From Callorhinchus milii (Eukaryota): a stretch of DNA of 64,000 bases. How positions within the stretch are numbered: the stretch's first letter is position 1; every line of letters begins with the position of its first letter. This document shows positions 51,951 to 64,000 of the stretch, piece by piece. The stretch spans positions 6,574,001 to 6,638,000 of the forward strand of contig NW_024704742.1 in assembly GCF_018977255.1 (NCBI RefSeq). Direction: 5' to 3'. Under the pieces are notes generated by a model. The model saw nothing but the letters and a program-made list of their open reading frames with translations, was not told where the DNA came from and did not search any database. The translations under genes were made by a program, and so were the position numbers.

Positions 51951-52194
51951 ATGCAATCCTGTCGTGAGCTTGTAGGTCTCACTGCTTCTGGGTCAGAAGA
52001 CTGTGGATTTAATTGCTACATCGGGGAATTTAAGCTCAGTCTAGGCTAATACTCTATTGTACGAGATGCCAACTTTTGGATAAAACATATCTTGCTCTAA
52101 TTATCCGTCTTTGACATACAGCCTATTGCTAATCAATGTCTTTTGATCCCACTTACATTTGTCTGCGATCTTCTTTTCTATTCCCCTCTTCATG

Positions 52195-52600
52195 TCATAT
52201 TTGGCTTAGTTGGTTGCACTCTTGTCTCTGAGTCAGAAGGACGTGGGTTGAAGCCCCAAATCAGGATTTTGAACTCACAAGTCAAGGCTGACACCCTAGT
52301 GCAATACTGGGGGAGTGCTAAATTGGCAGAGGTGCCGTCCTTCAAATGAGACTTTAAATCTGTATGGGTGGATGTTAAACAACCCATAACACTGATTGAA
52401 AAGAGAAGCGAGTTTCTCCTGCTATCCTGGTCAACAATTCTCCAGTTATTTTTTTTCGTGCAGGAGGGACATTGCTGTGCACAACTTGGCAGCGCATTCG
52501 CCTACAAATACACAGTCACTGTACATTATACTAATTACAGTGAGACACTTTAAGACTTTGACATTTTAGGCGATATATCAAAGGCAAGGGTTGCTAATTT
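52195..52600 (+). mobile_element. DeuSINE, near full length
   Basis: ggcttagttggttgcactcttgtctctgagtcagaagg tRNA head plus Deu domain. Confidence 0.85.
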
Positions 52601-53479
52601 TATTATTTCACAAGTTACACATCACTGTTTCTATCGCTTTCTTGGTAAGCTAAATTAAGTAAGGAGGCGCAGACTCCAACTCAGAAGGAGCGTGAACAGG
52701 AGGTCAAGCACTCTGGGACGCTACCCCACCAGAAGGGTGCTATATAAATGCAAGTTATTGTCATTATACATATTTAACTCCACAAAGAGAAAGGTGAATG
52801 TCTGGGATAGCCTGCCCAGGGAAGCAGTGGAGCCAGATTGTGCCAGGAAATTCAAGTTGAAATTGGATACCTATTTTGCAAAGAAATCCATTGAGGAGGA
52901 TCAGAAACATATAGCCGTGAAGGATTATTTTTTATTTTGCGATGGGCCAGATGGAACGCCATGGTTTTTCCAGTCCTGCACAGCATGTACTGTTCTATGT
53001 TTCCTTACAGCATTACCTAAGTTGCTGTGTCAATGTAAACCATGCAATCGGTCCAAACTATAGTTAAATTTGATTTAGGAAAATATTTTCTAAGCAGTAC
53101 ATCTTTAAGAGTCTCTGAAAGGAGCTGGCTTTAACATTATGCTCTGTGGCAGATAGAGCGTGGACACCATAGTATGAGGCTCATTAGCAGAGAATACCCC
53201 TCTTTGTCATTGCTTTGTTAAGTACACTCTCAGAACATCTTAACCATTATTGTGATGTGCTTCTCAGCAAGTATGTCAGCAAGTTATCCAAATCATCCAC
53301 GGGTAGTATTTTTACAAAGAATCACACCATCAAATCCACAAGTATTTATGTAGCTGCAGTGCCATCATATCTCGAAGTGGATGTATCACTGGATTAAATT
53401 TCACTATGGTAATGAGGAGAGCACATTAGCTCATCGTTTCCTTCAATTTGTTCACTGATATCAAGTTTTATAAACACAG

Positions 53480-53900
53480 ACAGTTGTTCACAAGATTGCA
53501 CTATAATGACCGACTGAGCTGACCAACTGTTTTTGATGCGCAGAAGGGAGCGTAGCAGACAATTTGGATTTTCTCCACCACCACGTGGTATTTCGAAGCT
53601 TCAACTCGAAGAATGTTTGCTTGAATTTGAGAACTTTTATAAAAAAATTTGTATTGAACATATTGGGTTCCAGGCACAAGTTCATGGCTTGCGATGAACA
53701 CTTATTTTAATTTGGCAATCGATGGCTGCTTATGTTATCATACAGATTCTATTAAATAAATTGTCTGGGGTCTACTGTCAGACATGATTGAATCCCTCCT
53801 CAATTGTTTAGATCGGAAAAGAGCAGTTCATCTTAATATGAAATAGTGTTACTGCTCCTGAAAGAGTCTGGGAATGTTGGAAAGGAAAGTAACCCAACTG
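53480..53900 (+). mobile_element. Decayed Penelope-like N-terminal ORF fragment
   Basis: 53536-53697 reads MRRRERSRQFGFSPPPRGISKLQLEECLLEFENFYKKI..., resembling the PLE N-terminal GLNFxxPP...FExFY motif; upstream LS*PTVFDAQK resembles NLSxxxLSDAE. Confidence 0.45.
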
Positions 53901-55177
53901 AAAGCAAGTAAACCAACCTCTGGGTCCTCATTGGTGCAGGCCAGCATGAGTAAAGTCAGCCAAACATAAGCTATCTTCTATAAGAGGATATGTTCTTGTT
54001 TAGTGAATAAGTGTTCTTTGGATGTTGTTCCATCTCTTGTGTGCAGAGTTAGGCATAGAAATCACAATAATAATAAGAATTCTTGCATTTGATATAGCGC
54101 CTTATCATGTCTTCGAGACATCTCAAAGTGTTTCGCAGAATAAATTGTAAAGTGTAGTGACTGTATATTTTGTGGGCGAAACAAGAGAGGTTGTGGATGA
54201 TGAAAGTCCTTTGGACCCATTTCATCTCACCTCACCCACTCTATCATCATCTCATGACACCATTAGTTCAGTGTCCTGCTCTAACCACCTGATATTTAGT
54301 AAATTACTGCTGCTCTCAATTACCCCCTGTGTAGAGAAAGCAATGTCTCTTGTGTTTTTTTTAAATTACCCTTTACAATCCTGAACCTATGCCCCACTGC
54401 CTTGTTACATCTAAAAGTGGTCAGAATGGAAGCTTACGTTTCCATGTCTGCATCCATCTTATGTGTGGCCACTGAAATTTCATGAAAGATTCTGTCATTT
54501 AATTTTGCTTGACATGATTACCTTATCCGAAATGTTACTCCCTATTACATTTCTGTGGTTTAAGGCAGTAGGAAATAATTTAAATGGAATGTGTTATGGA
54601 AGTAGTGTAATTTGACTGTTAATCCTTATTTGCACTGATGTCATATGGCTACAGGGATGTAAAGCGGGAGCCAAATTTGTGTTACTGGCATCACATTTGG
54701 GATTAGTTTAAATTATTTGGATGGGATTCTTTTTCTTGAAATTAGGGAGTTTTTAAAAGGGACTTAAAAATATTTCCAATTTAAGCATCTCCATCATCTC
54801 TGCTTCCCCCTCTCTCTCATTTTCCTAACACTTCTCAAATGGTCCCTTTATGTGGTGTTATGTTGGTCATTCAATACATTACATGAAATACATTGGTCAT
54901 TAAACACAATACATAACATTGTCATTCTGCCACCTCAAAGTGGGTTGTAAATTTCTATTGGTGCGGTCAGCGTGAGACACATTCTTGTTTCCTTCCTTTT
55001 CTTGGTTCTGTTCCAATCTAAACATTTGCCAGTTGTGACACTTTGTAGTTTGTTGTTGTTATTATCTCAAGACTTTAGGAACATAGGAACATAGGAATTA
55101 GGACCAGGAGTAGGCCATTTGGCCCCTCGAGCCTGCCCCGCCATTCAATGGTTGATCTTCTAACCTAACTCCATCTA

Positions 55178-55430
55178 ACTCTCTTCCCCCTCCTCGCTCC
55201 CTCCCTTCCCTCCCCTCACCCTGACCATTTCCCCCCTCCTCGCTCCCTCCCTTCCCTCCCCTCACCCTGACCATTTCCCCCCTCCTCGCTCCCTCCCTTC
55301 CCTCCCCTCACCCTGACCATTTCCCCCCTGCTCGGGTCATGACCCAACTGTGCAGCGCCTTGGGACGTCCTCCTGACGTGAAAGGCGCTTTATAAATGGA
55401 ATCTTGTTGTTGTTGTTGTTGTTGTTGTTG
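55178..55430 (+). mobile_element. Short L2-type 3' end inserted in the CR1 3' UTR, with (TTG)n tail
   Basis: cagcgccttgggacgtcctcctgacgtgaaaggcgctttataaatggaatc(ttg)n; the CR1 UTR resumes at cctgccttatccc (contiguous in the 4617 copy). Confidence 0.88.
55185..55328. repeat. 46-bp C-rich tandem repeat x3
   Basis: tcctcgctccctcccttccctcccctcaccctgaccatttcccccc at 55191, 55237 and 55283. Confidence 0.97.
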
Positions 55431-56999
55431 CCTGCCTTATCCCATATCCCTTAATCCCTCTATCATTTAGAAATCTATCAATCTCAGTCTTGAATATGTT
55501 CAAGGACTGAGCATCTACAGCCTTCTGGGATAGAGAATGCCATAAGTTCACTACCCTCTGTTCGAAAAGGTTGACCCTTCATCTTAAGACTGTGACCCCT
55601 AGTTAAAGATTCTCCTACCAGGGGAAACATGGAAATATAGGTATCCATAAGATCACCGCAAATTCTTCTATTCTTCAACCCCCTCATCCCAGGAACTAAC
55701 CTAGGTGAATCTACCCTGCATCCCCTCTAAGGTGAGTATGTCCTTTCTTAAATAAGGAGACCAAAACTACACACAATATTCTAGGTGCAGTCTCACCAAG
55801 GCCCTATGTAGTTGCAACAAGACTTCTCTACTCTTGTATTCTACCTATTTTGCAATAAATGCCAACTTGCCATTAGCCTTCCTAGTTGCTTGCTGTACCT
55901 GCATACTAACATTTTGTGACTGGTGTAAAGGACACCGAAATCCCTCTGAACACCAACACTATCTAGTCTCTTCCCCTCTAGAAAATAATCTGTTTTTCTG
56001 TTTTTACTACTTACGTGAATAACTTCACACTTCCTCACATTATATTCCATCTGCCACCTTTTTGCCCACTCACCGAGCCTATCTATATCCCTTTGTAATC
56101 TTTTTGTGTCATCCTCAGAGCTTACTCTCCCACCTAACTTAGTATCATCCGCAAATTTAGATATTTTAAATTCTATGTCCTTGTCTCGATCATTGATATA
56201 GATTGTAAATACTTGAGGCTCAAGCACTGATCCTTGTGGCACTCCACTAGTCATATCTTGCCAATCTGAGAAGGACCCATTTATCCCTACTCTTTGTTTT
56301 CTTCCCGTTAACCACGCTTTGATAATATATGCTAATATATTGCCTTTAATTCCATGGGCCCTAATCTTGTGTAGCAGCCTTTTATGTGGCACCTTGTTGA
56401 ATGCCTTCTGAAAATCTAAATACACTACATCTACTAGTTCCCCTCTATCTAACCTGCTAGTTACATCCTCATTGAGCTCTAAAAGATTTGTTAAGCATGA
56501 CTTCCCTTTTGTAAAGCCATGTTGGCTCTGCCTAATCATGTTATAGTCTTCTAAGTACCACACTACGACATCCCTAATTAAGGATTCCAGAATTTTCCCT
56601 ACCACCGATGTCAGACTAACTGGTCTATAGTTCCCCATCTTCTCTCTCCCACCCTTCTTAAATAGTGGTGTTACATTTGCGATCTTCTAATCAATGGGAA
56701 CCGTTCCAGAATCCAGAGAATTTTGGAAGATCAAAAACAAGGCATCCACTATCTCAGCACCCACCTCTTTTAAAACCCAAGGATGCAAACCGTGCGGATT
56801 TGTCATTTTTCAATCCCAACAGTTTCCCATACTTTGATTATAAAGTATTCGATAATGCACCCTCTAACCTACAACCTCCCTTTTCTCTCCTTGCTGCAAA
56901 GAATCATTGGATTGTGTTTGCATTGCTCCAGTCACAGTGGTGCTCAATAGATCGGTTTCATCTAAGATTATAAATAAGGTTTGCACCATTTTAGTATTC

Positions 57000-57438
57000 C
57001 GACTTCATTATCAAATTGAACGCACAGACTCAATCCTGATCCTCGTTTTCAAAGCTCTCCATGGCCTTGCTCCCACTACCTTTGTGACCTCTTAATCCCC
57101 TACCAACCTGCCCTCTCCCTCCACTCAGCGGGCTCCGGCCTGCTTCACATGTTCCACATCTCCCATCTCACCATTGGCGGTCAGGCCTTCAGCCACTCTG
57201 CCCCCATCGTCTAGAACTACATCCCACAGTCCCTCCACCTTGCCCCCTCCCTTGCCTCCTTCAAGACCTATCCCAAGCTCCTCCTCTTCTACTGTGCCTT
57301 CGGTCACCCTCCTTCCCCCCCTGCCCTCCATCCTACCCGATCCGCAGCTCGGTTTCGAAACACTGATTGTCCAGCACCTTGTGACGTCCCCCCAACATGA
57401 AGGGCGCTAAACAAATGTAATTTGTGTTGTTGTTGTTG
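57000..57438 (+). mobile_element. L2 LINE 3' end
   Basis: ILILVFKALHGLAP, then tail gtgacgtcccccaacatgaagggcgcta...(ttg)n. Confidence 0.92.
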
Positions 57439-58479
57439 ATTCCATTTGGCAAAGTATTTTATACAGGTATAGATGTAATGGGCTTCCAACACATCAGTAA
57501 CGCACCTGACTGTAGAACACAAAGCTTGGTGGGTTTGGGATTTAACAAGTAGCACACTTTGCTCTCAAGAGACATGAGGTTAACGCGTACTTAGAAAAAA
57601 CTCTAGGTCTCCTCTAAATTTTCAATGTGGAAAATGGGTTAAACTCATGGAAAGTTTGCAGCACAGAACGAAGCCATTCAATCCATCTTCGCTATCTTCC
57701 CAAATGAAACCTCATTCACAAAGCCTTTTAATATTATTTTTGTTCAAGTATTTATCCAATTCCCTTTTATATTATACCAGAATGAGTCTCAGGCTTGGTC
57801 AGAATGTTGTGAGTTCAAGCTCCACGCTAAGGATTTGAGCTCATAGTTAGGGTTAACGTCCCAGTACACAACATGAGGCAGAAGGGAATAGAGTGATATA
57901 GGCAAGAGGAATAGGGATGGGAGCTCATGTGGAGTACAAACATCTGCATAGACTAGTTGGGCTGAATGGCCTCTTTATGTCTCGTAACAATCTATGCAAT
58001 TCTATGTCAGTTCATGTTTTGTCTTCTTCTGCCGTTTCTACAGCCAACAGTCTTCACAGAATGTTACTTGCCTGCACCAATGAAAATTTACAATCTATCA
58101 TGTGGCTATTTGCACCTTGCTTCATAAGGTGAAAATTGAACACTCACTGCAAGGAAGTGGAGGGACATTGTGGTGCGCAAACTAGCCAACACAAGTTTGC
58201 TCACAAAATACACATGCTCACAGCATTTTACAAAATATTCTGTGAAGTGTTTTGAGACATCTAGATGATGTGATAAGGAGCTATATCAAATTTAAGGAGT
58301 ATTTATTATTATATGGAATGTTAGATAAATCAGCACTCATGGCTTTGCTGTCATTAACTCAGATTATCCAGCCCAAGAATATCAGCAGCACTGTCCTATG
58401 AAGATGACTTAATATTGATGCCTCATTTATATTGCAGTATTGCCGCTAATGACTGCCCTGAATTTCACGTCAGCCTTAA

Positions 58480-59150
58480 GAGATGTAGTACTGCTTTCAT
58501 AGGTATAGTCAGAACCACCTCTTGCTTGACCTTCTGGTTGAACAGTCAATCAATCCATGCATTTTCCAGACTGTTGACCTGTATGGTCCATATCTCCAGC
58601 CATTGTGTATGCAGGCGTTCTCACACATGCAGTTTGTATGTTTCCATTGGAGCCATAGTATCCTCCCCAGACTCTAAACATATTGAATTCCACAAACAAT
58701 AGGAGACCAAGATATTGCACAGCTTCTTCCAGTCGTGTAATGTAAACATGCCACAAGACATATACAAGCTGTCCAGCACCAGATGTGGAACCGTAGGCTT
58801 TTCCCTGCTATCTTTAAACTCTTCAGGAATGACATAACTTTTTGCCCATGTTTCGCCTAGCGTTTCGCCCACAAAATATAGTCAATTCACTTTATAGTAT
58901 ATTCTGTGAAGCGCTTTGAGACCTCTTGAAGACATGATGAGGCGCGGTATCAAATGCAAGGATTATTATTATTATAACTTAAAAGAGCAGGGTGGATGTT
59001 CCGTTTGTCCTCCTGTTAGAGATTGGTGAGTGGGTGGTTCGATCTGCATCGAAACTTCAAAATAATCAAGACTACACACACCTGCACATAAGCATATCGA
59101 AGGCCACTGTCAAATCTAAGGTGCAGTACTTCACACCATAAATCTCTTGT
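58480..59150 (-). mobile_element. Decayed pogo/Tigger-like DDE transposase fossil, interrupted by a SINE tail (58860-58975)
   Basis: Minus strand WAKSYVIP...PHLVLDS...LCNILV...TYKLHV*ERLHTQWL...VNSLENAWID follows the DDE_1 layout (W...LLxLDx...NIxV...FKxxxR...AW). Confidence 0.45.
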
Positions 59151-60170
59151 GACCCAACAAGAAGACCATGAAGCCTGTTACTAATACTATACATTACAGT
59201 TATTGCTATTGCCTGTAGAGATTAGGTTAAAGGGAGTGGAAAATGCAGCCCAAACCAGAACGACATAAGATAGGGCAAAGACTCCCTTTGGAGATGTACC
59301 ATGCCCAGCTTCTGTAGCTTAAACAAGTATCTCTCTCTCTGGGAAACCATGCCATAATTCACTGTTGTTTGGATTTCAATTGAAGACGCCATATTTTAAA
59401 CCAAGTTTTCACAATGTACGGATCAGGCAAGTTAAACATCTACAGATGTGCTTACAGAGAACAAAAGAACAAAAGCAAAGGCAGAAAAACAATAAAAGAA
59501 ATATGAGCTATGAATTAAAATAAAACAGAAGCAAAACAGATTTTATAAAAAAGGGAAACACGAGAAGGGTAAAAAACGAAGAGCTCAGTTTTGCGTGGAC
59601 CGAATTGGAACATTATTGTTTCATGTTAAGGAATTCTGAGATTGGCTTGATTCCTCCCCGTCCCAAATAGTCTTCATCTCAGCTGCACTGCTATGGAGAA
59701 GCGTTAAACAAACATCAGACTCTCTACACGGAGAATAGAAAAATCAAAGGACCTTCTCACACTAGCGTTGAAACTCCATTACAAGAGTGTTGAAAGAAAT
59801 AAAGCTAATTTGCGTGTGTATGTGCCGTTTCAGCAGCACTCGGGTTTTCCGAGAGAGGTAGACAGTCCCCAGCAAGACAATAATAAGAATAATATACTAA
59901 TAATCCTTGCATTTGATATAGCTCTGTTCACGTCTTCTCGTAGTCTCAAAGCGCTCTCACAGAATATGCTGTAAAGTGAATGGACTGTATATTACCAATC
60001 AAAGCCTGGTATGCAAAGAGTTATCTAGTAGGCCAGTTAGCCACCCGGTCAAGGCCTCAGCCACTAGCAACCACACAAGTTGGAGGAACTTCCCGAGGTT
60101 CAGAGTTAGACTCTGCCCAGGAGCCAACATTTTTTAGCTCATAGGCAAGCATTTTTTTCAATCTTTAGAG

Positions 60171-60590
60171 TGTCAGCCTGGTTCAGTTGGTAACATTCTC
60201 ACCTCTGAATCAAAAGGTTGTGGGTTCAAGCCCACATCAGGTCTTGGAACCCATATAATCTAAGTTGACACTAATGCAGCGTTGGAGGTTTGCTGCACTG
60301 TTGGTAGTGCCATCTTTTGTATTAGATATTAAACCGAGATCCTGTCTGCCTGTTCAGGTGGATGTTAAAGATGCCATAGCACTATTTGAAAAGAGAAGGG
60401 AGTTTTTCCCTGGTGTCCTGTCCAACATTCGCCCAAAATATAACTGTTTGTGGGACATTCCTGTACCAAATTGGCAGCCCTATTTTCCCAGAAAATACAC
60501 AGTTACGCTTTACAGTATATCATGTGAAATGCTCTGAGACATTTCGACCATATGAAGACACTATATCTAATGCAAGAATTATTTTTATAT
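60171..60590 (+). mobile_element. DeuSINE (SacSINE1/AmnSINE1-like), full length
   Basis: tgtcagcctggttcagttggtaacattctcacctctgaatcaaaaggttgtgggttcaagccc tRNA head, Deu domain, L2-like tail. Confidence 0.9.
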
Positions 60591-61099
60591 TTATTGTCAA
60601 TTGATGCTCCGAGATTGTACCTCCTTATATGACCTCTTCCATAACCAACCTCCTAACATCGCTATCAATTTATTGCTCAGGACAAGGGTCAAGAAAGTTT
60701 TCATACACATTGAGCAGAGTTTGTTGTTTGTTACACGTTGTTTTGTGGAAACAGCAACTAACCACAAAACCTAAATCACCATTTCCATTCATGAAAACAA
60801 AGTAAAGAAAAGCAGATTCATAGAATTTGCATGCATAAATATCATTCACCATGTATCTGACAATCTCTTCCATTTCAGAAGGGCAGGAAAAATTTAAAGG
60901 CATAGAGATATTAAAAATAATAGTAAATATAACAATAATAATTGTTGCATTTGATATAGCGCTTTATCACATCGTCAGTACGTCTCAAAGCTCTTCACAG
61001 GATATGCTGGTTTAGTCTCAGAGCACCTTTCTTAACGAACGGTTGTGAATGGAAGTTGTGAATTTGAAGAAGAAGCATCTGTCCACATTGTCAAGATCT

Positions 61100-61595
61100 A
61101 GTAATAATAATATCCTGACATTTGATGTAGCACCTTTCACATCCCAAAACACTTCACAGGATATATCATACAGTGTAGTGACTGTACCTTGACAGCGAAT
61201 GCAGCTAGCAATTTTGCATACAGCAGCAACAACTTTTATTTATATAGCGCCCTTCACATGGGGTAGCGTCCTGGAGTGCTTAAAGCAAACAGCAATGTCC
61301 CACAAACAGCCATGGAGTAAATGGCCAATTTCATTTTGGGGATTGTTGTCCAGGACACTGGAGTAACTATCTTCTGTTTTCAAATAGTGCCATAGGATCT
61401 TTAACATCCACCTGAACAGGCAAACGGGGCCTCAGTTTAATGTCTCATTGATAGGACGGCACCTCCCACAAGTGCTGCACATCCCAACACTGCTTCAGAG
61501 TGTCAGCTTAGACTACATGAGTTCCAGGTCTTGACACTGGGCTTGAACCAACAATCTCCTGAATCAGAAAAGAGAGTGCTACCAACTGAGCTAAA
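61100..61595 (-). mobile_element. DeuSINE with a short nested L2-type tail (about 61225-61285)
   Basis: Reverse complement of the 60171 copy. Confidence 0.85.
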
Positions 61596-62599
61596 TACAG
61601 AGATATTATGGTGAAAAAACAGGAAATTGTCATTAGAGTAGAAAGTAAAATCAGAAATTGTGAACTATTGTCCGAAAGGCAATAATAAATGTAATATTTT
61701 TTATACCACAAATATTTCGTCCTAGAAATGCATCATTCCCAACCTACGTTTGCAAGCCCCCAGCTTGAGTCCAAGTCCCTGACTGTCCAGCGCCTTAGGA
61801 TGTCCTCCCGACGTGAAAGGTCCTATACAAATGTAATTTTGTTTTGTATTGTATACTTTTTCAAAATACATCCTCCTCCAGGGCAGACCGATGCAAAATT
61901 GTGAGCTGTGATTCTTTGAGCTCATTGATTTCTATGCAGAGGAAGAGTTGTTAAAAGGTGGATCATCTGCGCACAGAACTGATTTTTCTTAAGGCAAAAA
62001 TTTATGGCTGAAGCCATACTAAGCTGAAGAGAATGAATGAATGTTTAAGTCATAAGAACAATGTTTCCCATTGTACCTGCTGTCCAATTCATCATGTTGG
62101 ACTCTCCTGCAGCAGTCTGTAGCATGCCCGCAGAAAACATTTAACAGCTGTAAATCAATGGTGGTCTTAAAGCAGTCTACATTGATCGAATTCGCAGAGC
62201 TATTCTGTAGCTCACTCATCAATGAAGTCCACCAAGGCTGAGGAAATACTTTTTCCCTTGATTCAGATACTTTGCACGTCGCATGGGAAGAATTGGGTGT
62301 GTCTCAGACTTGTAGGGATAACAAGAGTCAATTCATAAATAGACACAATAGATGGGTGATAATTCCTTCAAAAAAAATTGGTCACTCAATCCACAAGTGT
62401 TTGTGGGACACTGCTGTGTGCAATGGCTGCCATGTTTCGCCCACAAAATATACAGTTAATTCACTTTACAGTATATTCTTGAAAAGGTGCTATATCAAAT
62501 GCAAGAATAATTATTATTATATGCATTAAGATTTTGTCTCACTCAAAATCTTAATGCATATAATAATGGGTAGGATCCCCATTCACCCTGGAGCTGGAT

Positions 62600-62805
62600 G
62601 TCCCCACACTTGGGCTTCACCCAAGCCTTGGGGGACCCTCAAGTGTGCATTGGGTTTTAAACAGCTAAAACTGCACACCTTGCTATTAAGAGCACTGCCT
62701 GGCAATCTTACTGCAGCTTGTCCAGCTAGGACCGTCCTACCCATTAGGGCTTTGCCTTGCAAAGGTTAACAGGAGCTGAGTGAGAAGTATCCCTGCCTTC
62801 AGTAT
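62600..62805 (-). mobile_element. Family X retroposon, internal fragment
   Basis: gcttgtccagctaggaccgtcctacccattagggctttg...gttaacaggagctgagtg. Confidence 0.8.
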
Positions 62806-63439
62806 CCAATGGAACAAAATAATAACAATAGCATCCATTTTCCCACTTTTAGTGTATTCCTTCCTTAGACTCACTGAGGAGGAATTTTTCCTGGGTCCAG
62901 ATTTACGAGGTGTAACATTTCAAAGTCTCCAAACCATCTGATTGACTAGGAGTAGTGCCTGAGGTACATCCTGAGCTGTTGCTGGAGAATAATGTTGTAT
63001 AACTGCAGCAGATACCATCTTCAGGCGAAAACAAAGGAGCGTATATATCATATCTTCTTTTACACCCTGAAACCCTACAGAATTCCTGATTTACTTTAAC
63101 AAAATGCATTGAACTTTACAGCACAAAAGGAGGCCAATTTGGTGCAACGTGCCATTTTATTCTTTTTCTTCAAATTCAATGTCCTTTGAATTATTTTGTT
63201 ATATGGGAACTGCACGTAATTTCGAGCTTTGTATTTGAAAGGGTTTGACGGACATTCAAATACACAACCTTTTTAATTCAATCACTGCAGTTCCCAATTC
63301 GACATCGATGTGCATGCTGATTAAATAAGTATCAGGAAGTGATGGCAGCAGCATTTTCTGCGCACATTACATAAATATTAAATCTTAAAAATATAAAATA
63401 TTAAAAACATTAAATCTATACTCTAAAGTATAGTCACTG

Positions 63440-63753
63440 TGGATATTTTTGTTGGTGAATGCAGCAGCCATGGAATGAATGACCAATTTTATTTTGGGGT
63501 TGTGTTGGTAAGACACTCCCATTTTTTCTTAAAATTGTACCAGGGGATCTTTAACAGCAATCTGCCAGGCAACCGGGACCTCAGTTTAATATCTCATCAG
63601 AAAAGACAGCACCTCCAGCAGACCATGCAGTATACCCACACACTGTAATGGAGTGTCAGCTTATTCTGCATGGGTTCCAAACCCCACGTGGAACTTGAAC
63701 CCACAGCCTACTGGCTCAGTAGAGAGAGTGCTATTTACTGAGCCAGGCTGACA
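63440..63753 (-). mobile_element. DeuSINE
   Basis: ggatctttaac...cctcagtttaatatctcat...cttgaacccac...actgagccaggctgacac. Confidence 0.8.
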
Positions 63754-64000
63754 CACAATGAACCTGGCTGACACGCGTGAGCTGATACACGTTGGCATGC
63801 ACGAATTGTGCAGGAAGCACCATCAGAGGTGACCCGACAGTCTGAAAGTCAGCTGATTTTCAGCGCTCCATTTTAACATGGCGGTGTGAGCTGATGTACC
63901 AGATAACCACGATATAACAAGGCTTCAGTTGTATATTGTTTCTTTGGAGAGAGTTTTTAAGAGAGCAATAAGGATAACTCCAGGAAAGTGTTCATCTGAA

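Larger units (their letters stand above)
55077..56830 (-). mobile_element. CR1 LINE, 5'-truncated, with RT domain (ORF 55841-56638), frameshifted downstream
   Basis: GNYRPVSLTSVVGKILE, QHGF, YLDFQKAF, SGVPQGSVL, SKFADDTK; tail (taggaaca)n at 55077-55097. Confidence 0.98.

Noticed and set aside
55841..56638. 265-aa reverse transcriptase ORF as a functional gene or novel RT system
   Set aside because: Ordinary CR1 ORF2 fragment: 5'-truncated, frameshifted, followed by a CR1 3' UTR
62890..63050. Minus-strand cCTGAAGATGG... as a hammerhead ribozyme
   Set aside because: No GAAA or stem II partner left; at most a very decayed PLE terminus
63895..63933. Possible Tigger-like terminal inverted repeat ending in TA
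   Set aside because: No partner repeat identified in the window
1..64000. CRISPR array, prokaryotic operon or defence system, endogenous virus
   Set aside because: No regularly spaced repeat-spacer array, no long ORFs and no viral motifs recognised; the repeats are dispersed vertebrate retroposons

Overview
Eukaryotic, AT-rich, repeat-dominated non-coding DNA (intronic or intergenic). The repeat complement (tRNA-headed Deu-domain SINEs, CR1, L2 and Tx1 LINE ends, Penelope-type hammerhead remnants) looks like a cartilaginous fish, probably a chimaera; that assignment is an inference from remembered repeat families, not a database result. I find no intact host protein-coding gene, rRNA, true tRNA gene or CRISPR array. 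The only ORF-track proteins I recognise are LINE fragments (CR1 RT and endonuclease, L2 C-terminus). Reading through stops and frameshifts by hand shows several very decayed Penelope-like element (PLE) fossils that the ORF track hides. One is near full length (about 44.6-48.1 kb, minus strand: N-terminus, RT, GIY-YIG, decayed hammerhead). Another has a GIY-YIG remnant between two ~235-bp direct repeats carrying hammerhead-like cores (20.4-22.2 kb). Also present: a pogo-like DDE fossil, an unidentified ~500-bp poly(A)-ending retroposon family (7 copies), a palindromic MITE-like family, a 32-bp-stem hairpin, several local duplications and fold-backs, and a few unverified splice-site-flanked exon candidates. 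I cannot support a new biological system here; the best leads are the PLE fossils, the hairpin and the unnamed retroposon. Repeat boundaries are approximate (plus or minus tens of bp) and only representative SINE copies are listed.
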